A stretch of DNA of 19,203 bases, taken from positions 5,735 through 24,937 of the forward strand of contig CAYLZE010000043.1 of NCBI GenBank assembly GCA_964388035.1, written 5' to 3'. This DNA is from an uncultured archaeon (GTDB lineage: Archaea; Asgardarchaeota; Lokiarchaeia; Sigyniarchaeales; SOKP01). This document shows positions 8,530 to 17,978 of the stretch, piece by piece. Position 1 is the first letter of the stretch, and every line of letters begins with the position of its first letter. A model generated the notes under the pieces. The model was given only the letters and a program-made list of their open reading frames with translations, had not been told where the DNA came from and did no database searches. The translations under genes and the position numbers were made by a program.

Positions 8530-9420
8530 ATGGAAGGATCATTCTACATTTTAGGAGTTTTTTTAGCAATAACAAGCGGAAGCATTAATAACCTGGGCTC
8601 CGTGTTTCAGAAGAAAGTAGTAAATGAAGTACCCAAAGAAGCTAAATTTTTCAGGAGCTTAGTGAAAAAACCACTTTGGATTACGGGATTGATCATGCAA
8701 CTCGGCATTGGGTCCATCTTTTTCATGATTGCGCAATTATTCATCGGGCCGGCAATAATACCTGGGTTAATGGCTTTTGGCTTGATCTTCTTGGCAATCG
8801 GGTCAGTTAAAATAGTGGGAGAATCATTAAAGAAAGAAGAGATAATGGGCATTATTCTCATGATCATTGCAATTTTCCTCTTAGGGCTTTCAGGATTGAG
8901 AATTGATATTACTACTATCGAAATGCTTCAATTAACGACAATCATTAACATGGTCATTTTTACACTAAGTCTCTACTCAGGATCTATACTCTGTGAAATC
9001 TTCCAAAGAAGAAGTGAAAGATTTAAAGGTATCTTATTGGCAGTCTCGTCAGGATGCCAAGTATCGATAAATAACTTCTGGATAGCCCCTTTAATGGCGT
9101 TTTTTGTTGCCGTGTTTACTGGTACTGCGAGTTTGGGTGGCACAATCCTTTTTATTGTTAATTGCGGAATATTAATTACTTCCAGCATGCTTGGAATAGC
9201 AAAGTTACAGCAAGCGTTTCAAGTGGCAAATGCCAGCCGAATGATCCCAATACAACAAGTTCCCATTCAAATCACGCCTATTTTTGTTTATTTCTTGGTT
9301 TTTTCGTTAGTTGCGCCTAGCATTTTCTCTACAATCTACATGATGATCGCTATAATGTTCATACTCATGAGCTCATTTTTATTAGCTAAACGTCAAGCAC
9401 AATTAGAAGCAATTAAGTAG
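8530..9420 (+). CDS. DMT-superfamily membrane transporter, NIPA-like (paralog 2)
   Basis: Same length (296 aa) and ungapped alignment to 5970-6860; about 72 differences by hand count (~76% identity). Confidence 0.8.
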   Translation: MEGSFYILGVFLAITSGSINNLGSVFQKKVVNEVPKEAKFFRSLVKKPLWITGLIMQLGIGSIFFMIAQLFIGPAIIPGLMAFGLIFLAIGSVKIVGESLKKEEIMGIILMIIAIFLLGLSGLRIDITTIEMLQLTTIINMVIFTLSLYSGSILCEIFQRRSERFKGILLAVSSGCQVSINNFWIAPLMAFFVAVFTGTASLGGTILFIVNCGILITSSMLGIAKLQQAFQVANASRMIPIQQVPIQITPIFVYFLVFSLVAPSIFSTIYMMIAIMFILMSSFLLAKRQAQLEAIK

Positions 9421-9789
9421 AAGACAGCAAGTAGAAGAGAGTAGATAAAATTTATTTTCCCATTCGCCAATTTGAGCATTAGATGAAAATTGAGCGTAAA
9501 TTTTTCTATTTTTAGCTCTTTGGGGATTAAATCTTGTCCCGAAAGGAAATGAATAAGCTTTCCTTTATTAATATTTATAAACTTATTTATCTTTTCTTTT
9601 CATTGGCTTTCTATTCGATTTATATATCATTTTTTTGAATAAGAGATATATCTTTTTCAGAATGGCTTAAATTAATATTTTTATTCTTTAAAAAGTGAAA
9701 AAAAAGCCTTTAGCTTGGATCCATTGCGCAACTCTCTGTTTTTCTTAAAATTATAAAGATTTATATACTTCAAGAATTAAAGAGTTATT

Positions 9790-11229
9790 ATGGTACAAAC
9801 TCAAACAAATGAATTGGTAGAAGAAAAAGTACCCGTAAAATCGAAATTAGCATTCTCATTTGGAGGTTTAGCCAACGATTTATTGAATGGATTGGTCTTT
9901 TCCAATCTAACTTTTTACTATAACGCAAAATTGGGATTAGATGCAACCATTCTGGGAATAGCATGGCTTATATTCGCCATCTGGAATACGCTAAACGACC
10001 CAATTATATCCTACATTATTGATAACACGCGCACCAAGTTAGGCCGGCGTATTCCTTACATACGCTATGGAAGTATTCTCTATGGGGCAGCTTTTATTTT
10101 CTGTTGGTTTCCAATAGCTCCAATTGGTGATGATATAGGATTATTCTTCAATTTTCTGGCGGCATTGTTCATTTTAGATACGATGTTTACCTTTGTGGGA
10201 TGTTGTTTCTTTTCTCTTCCCAATGAGATTGCGGTTACGGCAAAAGAACGTGGCAGCATTACCATATATCGTACATTAATAGGTTTTATCAATACGATCA
10301 TAGGAATCATTTTGCCCGTAATGCTTTTAACTGGGCATGAAGGAATTCCTGCAAGTTTTGGCATCTCGATTATCATAATAGCAATTGTGAGTTCTTTTAT
10401 CCTGTTCTTCACCTCCTATTATTACAAGGAAAACATTTTTGCTCAACTCCAACCCCATGAACCTTTTTTCGAAGGGTTGAAATTAACTCTAAAAAATAAA
10501 CCATTTTGGATCTATGCAATTCCTGCTTTCATGATAACATTAGTATATCCCGTATTCAGTACGGGTTTGTTATATTATGTTGATTATGTGGTGATTGGCC
10601 AGGATGTACTATTTTTCTTGTTAATTTTCTTGGTTTCTCTTTTAATAGGGGCATTGATACTGCCAAAAAAGCTTCCGAAATGGGAGGGTAAAGGAATGAT
10701 GATGTATAGTCTATTCTTTATTGCTGCGGCTTTTGGAGTCTTATTTTTCATAGGTTATAATCTGATTTTAGCAGTAATACCTTTTTTCGTAGTAGGCTTC
10801 TTTTTTGCGGGTGCAACAATCGGGAATGGAGTGCTAGTTGGAGATGTCATTGATAATGATGAATTAATTACTGGAAAGCGACGGGAGGCTATATATGGTG
10901 GAGTAAATGCCATTATAACTAAACCAGCGATTTCCATAGCAAATTGGTTATTTTTAACTATCTTAACTGTTTTTAATTTTCAGCAACCTGTTGTCGTTAA
11001 TGGAGTTGCTGTAAAACAACCACAGCCAGAAATTGCGATCATCGGCATTTTATTAGCTTTCTGCCTAATGCCGGCCATTTTTATAACTATTGGGGCAATA
11101 GCATTACGATGGTATCCTTTAGAAGGACCAGAATGGCAAAAAAAGAAACAGAAAGTTATAGAAATGCATGCACAAAAGGAACGTGAGTATTTAAAGAAAA
11201 TTGCAAAAGAGCAAAAAGATAATGAATAA
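9790..11229 (+). CDS. MFS transporter, glycoside-pentoside-hexuronide (MelB/MFS_2-like) family
   Basis: WNTLNDPIISYIIDNTRTKLGRRIPYI, ERGSI..YR, LKNKPF, DVIDNDELITGKRREAIYGG; about 12 hydrophobic segments. Confidence 0.93.
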   Translation: MVQTQTNELVEEKVPVKSKLAFSFGGLANDLLNGLVFSNLTFYYNAKLGLDATILGIAWLIFAIWNTLNDPIISYIIDNTRTKLGRRIPYIRYGSILYGAAFIFCWFPIAPIGDDIGLFFNFLAALFILDTMFTFVGCCFFSLPNEIAVTAKERGSITIYRTLIGFINTIIGIILPVMLLTGHEGIPASFGISIIIIAIVSSFILFFTSYYYKENIFAQLQPHEPFFEGLKLTLKNKPFWIYAIPAFMITLVYPVFSTGLLYYVDYVVIGQDVLFFLLIFLVSLLIGALILPKKLPKWEGKGMMMYSLFFIAAAFGVLFFIGYNLILAVIPFFVVGFFFAGATIGNGVLVGDVIDNDELITGKRREAIYGGVNAIITKPAISIANWLFLTILTVFNFQQPVVVNGVAVKQPQPEIAIIGILLAFCLMPAIFITIGAIALRWYPLEGPEWQKKKQKVIEMHAQKEREYLKKIAKEQKDNE

Positions 11230-11571
11230 TGAGTATTGAACCCGAAATTGTTCCATATTACATGTTCTTATCCATTTTTACTTTATTTTATTTTTTTTTA
11301 ATCTACTACCTCTTAATTTTAAAAATAGAATATTCAGATTAGAAGGAATTAACATTCTTTGATTTAAGTTAGGACATTATACTTTATTAAAAGAATTCAC
11401 ACTTCTTTTCTTCTGCTGTTTAAAGATCAAACAATTACAACCAAATGAGCTTTAAATGAACGTTAAAATAGTAAATAGTTTTAACTTGATCCATTTAAAG
11501 ACTCCTAATTGCAATTTTTCACTCTGATAGGATTCCATAAATTATAAGGTATTCTTAATAAAAAGGCAACT

Positions 11572-12516
11572 TTAAAATACTGATGCCATTGCCAAAAATG
11601 AAAATATTAAAACATCTTGGACGAAATGTATGAACCAGGCCCAGAAAAATCCTTTGGTTTCGAGAATACTTTTACCTAAAAACCATCCTAAGAATCCAGA
11701 AAGCAACACTCCAATAATACCATTAGGGATACCGAAATAATGCCCGAGGCCAAAAAATACGGTAGTTATAATGAGGGCTTGCTTTCTTCCTAAATTCTTG
11801 TTGAGCTCCGATAAGGGCGCCGCTCTTAATGTGAATTCTTCATTAAAAGCATTCATTGCAGCTATTAAAAATGCGATAGGGATTAAGGGAAGTGCAGCAA
11901 TAAACATCTCTAGAGTTGGTTGATATGCAATTATTAAAAAGATGAGCATTCCAATTGTAATAACTATGACAAAAGTTCTCCCCAGTTTGGTCCAAGGTTC
12001 TGGTTCTTTCATTCCCAATATTTTAGTAGGTTGAGCAGGAGCATTAATAGTTCCTTTTACTAAATATAAATCTTTCCTAGTTCTTCCAATTATTAATAGA
12101 AATATAAGAATAGCAATGGCGGGCAGCAATCTTAAGAGATGAGTTGCTATGCTCTCAATCCCCCACGATAAATTTGAGGTCCAATTCACCCAAATTTCAC
12201 TATTTCGTATGTATGGGACAACTCCGAACTGCCAACCGCCTCCGAATCCCATAATAAATATTAAAATCAAAATCCCTACAAAAATCCATAGCGATCTTAA
12301 ACTCTTAAGAAGTAGTGTGATTGTAAAAATTATGAGGAGCAAGCCTAAATGAATCCAAGGCCACCAAGCAGGTTCTCCATTCGCAAATTCTCTCCAAAAT
12401 ATGAGAGCTAATGAGCTAGCAACAATCATTGTCATCCAGGCAGTAAATATCATTTTTTGATGTGTTTTTTCAACTAACTTCTCTTTAAATTCTTCTCCCT
12501 CATATGTTTGTTCCAT
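11572..12516 (-). CDS. CPBP-family (Abi / Rce1-like, type II CAAX) intramembrane glutamic protease
   Basis: EEFTLR (EExxxR), FGLGH (FxxxH), HFVQD (HxxxB) motifs; multiple TM segments. Confidence 0.9.
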   Translation of the reverse strand: MEQTYEGEEFKEKLVEKTHQKMIFTAWMTMIVASSLALIFWREFANGEPAWWPWIHLGLLLIIFTITLLLKSLRSLWIFVGILILIFIMGFGGGWQFGVVPYIRNSEIWVNWTSNLSWGIESIATHLLRLLPAIAILIFLLIIGRTRKDLYLVKGTINAPAQPTKILGMKEPEPWTKLGRTFVIVITIGMLIFLIIAYQPTLEMFIAALPLIPIAFLIAAMNAFNEEFTLRAAPLSELNKNLGRKQALIITTVFFGLGHYFGIPNGIIGVLLSGFLGWFLGKSILETKGFFWAWFIHFVQDVLIFSFLAMASVF

Positions 12517-12987
12517 GGTTTACTCATTTCACTATTTATTTTATTATTTAGGATTTTGATTTAGAAATCATTCAATAATTTAATTATTTTTCAGCTAAAA
12601 TGTGATTTTACATTGATATATTATTATACTTTCTACCTATATATTTTTTTAAAAAATTCTATAAAAATTTTATTATTTTTTTTACAATAATCAGAAAATG
12701 ATTTCATAGAAATAATGCCAATGAATAGATAACCAAAATAAAAAGTAACTATATAAATTATTTTATTTTATCTCCAACCTGATTTTTTTTATAGAGAAGA
12801 TTATGAAGCAATATAAAGGATTAAATAAATATTAAAATTTAACTTTTTTCGGGAGGTTAGTTTAATTTTAAATATAAATATTATCATGTCTTTACTAATA
12901 TTTGTTATAAAAAATTGAAATTTTTTTTCAAAAATAAGAGAGCTTATAAATTAATATTTTAAATCATAAAGCATAAAAGGTGAGATA

Positions 12988-15000
12988 ATGGAAAATAAGG
13001 AGGAGGACCAAAAAAGTGTAAAAACAGAGGAATTAAAAGAAGTTCAAAATAAAGATAGGCTCCTTTCCAATTACATGCTCTTTATTATTCCAAGTTGGGG
13101 GAATCTATTGGGACATCCAACTAATGGACGATATGTGGGACAGGAAGTGGATAAAATATCATCCGATATTGTTTTCTTTTTCGCTTCTAATGAGCTCTCC
13201 ATTAAAACAGACAAGGGTGTAATTTATTGCTTATTTGGCTTGGGAAACTACTATACTAAATTTGAATTACAACAAGATGTGGAAATATCCCGTGGTAAAT
13301 ATATTATAGATGAAAAATTGTTGACAGGCATCGTTTTATCTGATTTCGTCTATGATCATCTTGCTTCTTCTAAGAATTTGATCTTAGAGGATGATCCCGA
13401 TGTTATTATTGCAGAAAAAGTTATTAAAATCCCGGTAGATTTATCAGATAAAACAGAAGGACAAATGACTTTCATCAAAGGAGCATTAATGAGAAATGTC
13501 TTCATCCCATACAAGGAAGTCATTCTTAAAATGCTAGATATGATTAATAAAACGGATAGCTATAATATTGATAGAACAGGACACATGCTACTTAGTGGAC
13601 ATGGGGCTTATTTTGATAAAATTCTCGTTTCAGAAGGAAAAAAATCCAATTTACAAGAAGAATACATGAATAGTACAGCGGGAATTCTGGAAATAATCCC
13701 GGGTGCAGATAAATTATTAACTAGTTTATTAACTCCGGTAGAGTTTCAAAAGATTAAATCAGGATTATCGACTCTCAAGGCGATTTATTCCAATCTTAAA
13801 TTTGATCGTTCTTACTTTTATTCGATGTTGGAAGCTATCGCGCAAAAAATACCACCTGAAGCACTTCCACAAATTTCATTAAAAAGCTCACCTCTTGCCA
13901 TCAAACAAACTATACTCTACTCGGCAGAAGATCGAATTAATTCATATTTAGAATGGCCTAATGAATTTCCTAGAAAGGAAAAAGAAACAGAAAAGGTAAA
14001 ACCTACTTATATCTATCCCGAAATGATCTCTGGAACAAATGTAGCTAATTCAACGACAATTAAAGAGTATGATACCATTAAAGAACATGAGGAATTACCT
14101 AAAGAAGATCAATTTGTATTAAGGATTGATAAATCAGAGAAAGTAGAAAAGCGGGTACTTCCAGCCACCCCTTTAGGAGAAGATATTGAAAAGATTTTTC
14201 TTTATCTTAAACATGTAATTGAGGAAGATTATGATATGTCTTCAGTCGGGACAGCTTTTGGTTTAGCTCGGGATAGTCTTCCTCCAACTTTTAAGATTGA
14301 AAATCCACGATATGCTTGGGAAATGAGTAAAATAGAGAACCTTTATATTAAAAAATCAGATAACTTGGGATTACCTGCCAAAGAAAAAGAAGAGATTTTA
14401 GAAAAAATAAATAGCTGGTTACATTTAATCGAAGAAGAAAAAAGGAAAAAGCAAGAAGAATTAGAAGCAGAAAGAAGATGGATTGAGGCAGAACAAAAAC
14501 GATTAGAAGAAGAAAGGTTAGAAAAAGAAAGATTAAAGAAAGAACATCAAGAAAGAGAAAGGTTGGCTCAAGAAAAACTTAGATTGGAAGAAGAAAGAAT
14601 AGAAAGAGAAAAATTAGAAAAGATTCGCTTGCAAAAAGAGCAGGTGAAAAAGCAAAGAGAATTAGAACAAATTGAGGCGCAAGAACAAGAAAGAATTAGA
14701 AAAGAGCAAGAGGAACTTGATAGAGCTAAAAAGGAGCAAGAAAAGCTTGAAAAGGAAAGAGAAGTGAGAGAACAAGAAATATTAGAAAAGGCCAAGCGAG
14801 AACAGGAAGAACTTGAAAAAGAGAAAGCTAAATTAAAAGAAATTAAAGCAGAGCGGAAGAGACAAGAAAAACTCTTAAAAAAGAAGAAAAAAGAAGAAAA
14901 AAAGAGAGAAAAGGAGCGATTGAAAATTGAGAAACAAAAAGCCAAAGAAAAAGAGAAGTTAGAAAAAATTTCTAAAGAACTTAAATCTAGTGATTCTTAG
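12988..15000 (+). CDS. Hypothetical protein: globular N-domain, linker, small helical domain, ~185-aa E/R/K-rich helical tail
   Basis: 670-aa ORF; SD-like AGGTGA at 12978-12983; residues ~482-667 almost entirely E/K/R/Q/L/I. No family recognised. Confidence 0.85.
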   Translation: MENKEEDQKSVKTEELKEVQNKDRLLSNYMLFIIPSWGNLLGHPTNGRYVGQEVDKISSDIVFFFASNELSIKTDKGVIYCLFGLGNYYTKFELQQDVEISRGKYIIDEKLLTGIVLSDFVYDHLASSKNLILEDDPDVIIAEKVIKIPVDLSDKTEGQMTFIKGALMRNVFIPYKEVILKMLDMINKTDSYNIDRTGHMLLSGHGAYFDKILVSEGKKSNLQEEYMNSTAGILEIIPGADKLLTSLLTPVEFQKIKSGLSTLKAIYSNLKFDRSYFYSMLEAIAQKIPPEALPQISLKSSPLAIKQTILYSAEDRINSYLEWPNEFPRKEKETEKVKPTYIYPEMISGTNVANSTTIKEYDTIKEHEELPKEDQFVLRIDKSEKVEKRVLPATPLGEDIEKIFLYLKHVIEEDYDMSSVGTAFGLARDSLPPTFKIENPRYAWEMSKIENLYIKKSDNLGLPAKEKEEILEKINSWLHLIEEEKRKKQEELEAERRWIEAEQKRLEEERLEKERLKKEHQERERLAQEKLRLEEERIEREKLEKIRLQKEQVKKQRELEQIEAQEQERIRKEQEELDRAKKEQEKLEKEREVREQEILEKAKREQEELEKEKAKLKEIKAERKRQEKLLKKKKKEEKKREKERLKIEKQKAKEKEKLEKISKELKSSDS

Positions 15001-15145
15001 TTGCTGTTTAATTCATTTATAATATTCCCAAAAACATACAACCTTTTTTTATAATTTTATAAAATTTAATTCTTTTTAATTTTAACAGCTTATTTCTGAA
15101 AATAGTAAAAATTAGTGAGAAAAAGAAGAAAAAAAATCTAATGGC

Positions 15146-16342
15146 TTAAATATTTTCAATAATCGTGGCTTCTGAGACTCCTCCTCCACCGCAGAGAGTG
15201 GCCAGTCCATAAGATGCGCTTCTCTTCTTCATTTCATGAATCAAGGTGACGATGATTCTCGCTCCCGTACATCCTACAGGATGTCCTAAGCCGATTCCCG
15301 AACCATTTACATTAGTAATCTCAAAATTCCAATTTAATTGTTGACCTACTGCTACATATTGAGACGCAAAAGCTTCATTACATTCCACCAAATCCAAGTC
15401 CTTATATTCCATATTGGCTTGTTTGAGTGCGAGTGGTGCAGAATACATTGGCCCCATTCCCATATATTTTGGGTCATTTCCAATTTTCGAAATTGTTTTT
15501 ATTTTTACAAGAGGAGTTAATCCTAATTCTTGGGCTTTCTCTGTAGTAGTTAAAAGTAGTATACAAGCACCATCATTGATCCCCGATGAATTTCCAGCAG
15601 TTACCGTGCCATCTTTCTTGAAAACGGGAGGTAATTTCTCTAAATCTTCCATGGTTAAACCCGGTCGAAAATGCTCATCTTTATCGAATATAAATGCTTT
15701 TTTCCGGCTTTTTACTTCTATCGGTAGGATTTCATCCTTGAATCGTCCCGATGAATTAGCTTTTTCTGCGTTATTGTGAGATTTCAACGCGGCTTCATCT
15801 TGCATTTTTCGAGTAATTCCATATTTTTCAGCTACATATTCAGCTGTTATTCCCATTATATAACCGGGTGGGGCAAATACTTTACTTCCTGCGTGCAACC
15901 CCTCCATGATTCCACATTTCATTTCTTGATTCCGAAGGCGAGCCCCCCATCGTGCAGAAGGAATGTAATATGATACATTGCTCATACTTTCTGTTCCTCC
16001 AGCTAGTACCACCTCACCGTATCCCATTTGAAGATCCATCATCCCTGCTCTTACTGCTTCCATTGCGGAAGTACATACACGGTTTATTGTCATTGCAGGC
16101 ACTTCTTGGGGAATTCCTGCCATTAGAGAAGCCACTCGAGCGACATTCATTTCTTCCTGCGGTTCCATACAGCAGCCCGATTTGATATCAGCAATAATCA
16201 AAGGATCAATCCCCGTTTGTTGAATGCAATCTTTAATCACGAAACTTAATAACTTGCTGGAATTATAAGGGAGCAAGGCTCCTCCAAAAACTCCAATTGC
16301 CGTTCGCTTCGCATAACAAATTACTATTTCTTTATTATTCAT
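15146..16342 (-). CDS. Acetyl-CoA C-acyltransferase (thiolase)
   Basis: RTAIG, INRVCTSAM (nucleophile Cys), AGGTESMS, VTAGNSSGINDGA, NEAFA, GHPVGCTG, LCGGGG. Confidence 0.96.
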   Translation of the reverse strand: MNNKEIVICYAKRTAIGVFGGALLPYNSSKLLSFVIKDCIQQTGIDPLIIADIKSGCCMEPQEEMNVARVASLMAGIPQEVPAMTINRVCTSAMEAVRAGMMDLQMGYGEVVLAGGTESMSNVSYYIPSARWGARLRNQEMKCGIMEGLHAGSKVFAPPGYIMGITAEYVAEKYGITRKMQDEAALKSHNNAEKANSSGRFKDEILPIEVKSRKKAFIFDKDEHFRPGLTMEDLEKLPPVFKKDGTVTAGNSSGINDGACILLLTTTEKAQELGLTPLVKIKTISKIGNDPKYMGMGPMYSAPLALKQANMEYKDLDLVECNEAFASQYVAVGQQLNWNFEITNVNGSGIGLGHPVGCTGARIIVTLIHEMKKRSASYGLATLCGGGGVSEATIIENI

Positions 16343-16714
16343 TAATCCATCCTTTTTGTTGTTTTAAGTGATTTGTTTTTAAAATTCTTTTTAAGATTGT
16401 TTAAAAGAATTAAGCTTAATTAAAGTAATTTTGCGTTATAGAAAATGAATTTCAAGAAAATTCTTTATAGATAACTGTGAATGATGATGATTCTTTTAGA
16501 GTATTCTAAATGAGGTTAAATTTTTACAGATATGGTTAAATCAAGGACGGATGAGAAACAACTTGCATATAAAATTCATGAATCATTATCTAATAAAATT
16601 GCGATATGGAAAAAATATATATATATCTTACAGCTATGTTTTTTATAAGAATTTGATTGCAATGATTAATTTCTTAATAACTTGAATTTCTTAGAATATT
16701 AAATCGAAATATAG

Positions 16715-16719
16715 GGAGG
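16715..16719 (+). promoter_or_regulatory. Shine-Dalgarno site for the GTPase
   Basis: GGAGG 5 nt before the TTG at 16725. Confidence 0.65.
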
Positions 16720-16724
16720 AAACC

Positions 16725-17705
16725 TTGATTGTCAACGAGATCAATATTAAGCTGGTATTGTTCGGACTAGGAGGTATTGGAAAAACTTCCATCGTTAATA
16801 GCTTCTTGGAGCAGCAGATTTCCAAGAAATACTATCCAACGATTGGTTCAAGCATTTCTAAACATGAATATAGGTTGCCCAAATTTATTGTTAAATTGAA
16901 CGTGTGGGACGTTGGTGGCCAGCGCTCATTCAATCCATTGAATCCCGTTTATTTTAATAATAATGATGCCGCGTTTTTAATTTTTGATTTATCTAATCCC
17001 CAAGAATCGCTAAAAGAAATAAAAGAGGTGTATTTGCCAAGTCTGATTGAAAAATCGGAGGATTGCATCTCTTATATTATCGGAAATAAATTAGATTTAA
17101 TAAAGACTGATGATGAATTAAAGCAAATTACGGAAGAATTAAGATTTCCAAATCTCCCTCTTGTTTATGTATCCGCATTAGAAAATAACAATATAAATGA
17201 AGTATTCGAATTAATCATTTTTCATTTTTTACAAGATTTGGAAGTCAAATCTCCTTCAAAAAAGTTTTCAGGGATTTCTGAAGGTTTTTTAAATTACATT
17301 GGCAAGAAAGAAGAGGAGTTATCCCGAGTATTAATAAATAAAATTGATACTAAGACATTAAGATTAGAAGATTTGATAATGCCAGATATAGAAACTACCG
17401 TCCTTCCTACATCCGATATTAATATCGCCAGCATTCCTTATCCAAAACCTATTACTGGGGATCTTAAAAATATTGAGCGCATCATAGAAGAACTTATTGA
17501 ATATAACACAGAGCTATTAAGTGATGTGAAGGATAAAATTTTGCAATTAAAAAAAACGCCCATTGATCAATTAAACCTACAAATCGATAAAATTTCCCTT
17601 GATCTTGACACGTTAAAAATGAACTTGGAGAAAGAAATAGAGGAAATGCTTAAATTTAAAGGTCCTGAAACTGATAAAAAAACTGATAAAATTACATTGA
17701 AGTAG
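16725..17705 (+). CDS. Ras-superfamily (Rab-like) small GTPase with ~150-aa C-terminal extension ending in a helical hairpin
   Basis: G1 GLGGIGKTS, G2 YYPTIG, G3 WDVGGQ, G4 NKLD, G5 VSAL. No C-terminal Cys/CAAX. Confidence 0.93.
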   Translation: MIVNEINIKLVLFGLGGIGKTSIVNSFLEQQISKKYYPTIGSSISKHEYRLPKFIVKLNVWDVGGQRSFNPLNPVYFNNNDAAFLIFDLSNPQESLKEIKEVYLPSLIEKSEDCISYIIGNKLDLIKTDDELKQITEELRFPNLPLVYVSALENNNINEVFELIIFHFLQDLEVKSPSKKFSGISEGFLNYIGKKEEELSRVLINKIDTKTLRLEDLIMPDIETTVLPTSDINIASIPYPKPITGDLKNIERIIEELIEYNTELLSDVKDKILQLKKTPIDQLNLQIDKISLDLDTLKMNLEKEIEEMLKFKGPETDKKTDKITLK

Positions 17706-17715
17706 GTAATTTAAA

Positions 17716-17955
17716 ATGTCAGAAGAATTGATTAATTCAAAACAACAGTTTGTTGATAAATTTATACAGAATCTAACCAAAATAGAAGCATTAATTAGAA
17801 CGTTAAGTTCACAGAATGCAGAACAAATAGTAAGCGCGATAGATGATACTTCAAAGAAATTAGAGAAAATGAAAACAGAATTTATTGAAACCCATGAATC
17901 GTTTACTAAATCTTCCATGAAGGTGGAGAATAAAGGATTAGAAGAAAATTCATAA
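17716..17955 (+). CDS. Small alpha-helical protein (stand-alone helical hairpin)
   Basis: 79-aa ORF 10 nt after the GTPase stop, amphipathic heptad pattern, aligns with the C-termini of both neighbours. Confidence 0.75.
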   Translation: MSEELINSKQQFVDKFIQNLTKIEALIRTLSSQNAEQIVSAIDDTSKKLEKMKTEFIETHESFTKSSMKVENKGLEENS

Positions 17956-17978
17956 TTGATGTGAAAAAGGTGTGAAAA

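Larger units (their letters stand above)
5970..9420 (+). repeat. Diverged direct duplication (5970-6860 / 8530-9420, offset 2560 nt) flanking the oxidoreductase gene
   Basis: Collinear 891-nt genes with shared upstream 12-mer. Confidence 0.9.

Noticed and set aside
5970-9420. Composite transposon (repeats flanking a cargo gene)
   Set aside because: The repeats are transporter genes; no transposase, terminal inverted repeats or target-site duplication seen.
9400-9600. Stop-free minus-strand stretch in the DMT2-MFS spacer (KEKINKFININKGKLIHFLSGQDLIPKELKIEKF...)
   Set aside because: No early start codon and no recognisable similarity.
16481-16487. ATGATGA as box C of a C/D sRNA
   Set aside because: No CTGA box D at a suitable distance downstream.
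11572-17705. CPBP/Rce1-like protease as a CAAX-processing enzyme for the nearby GTPase
   Set aside because: The GTPase ends KITLK with no Cys, the genes are not adjacent, and CPBP proteases are widespread in prokaryotes without prenylation.
1254-17705. The GTPase at 16725 as the specific target of the REC-longin pair
   Set aside because: 13.5 kb apart with unrelated genes between; such genomes typically encode many small GTPases, so proximity is weak evidence.
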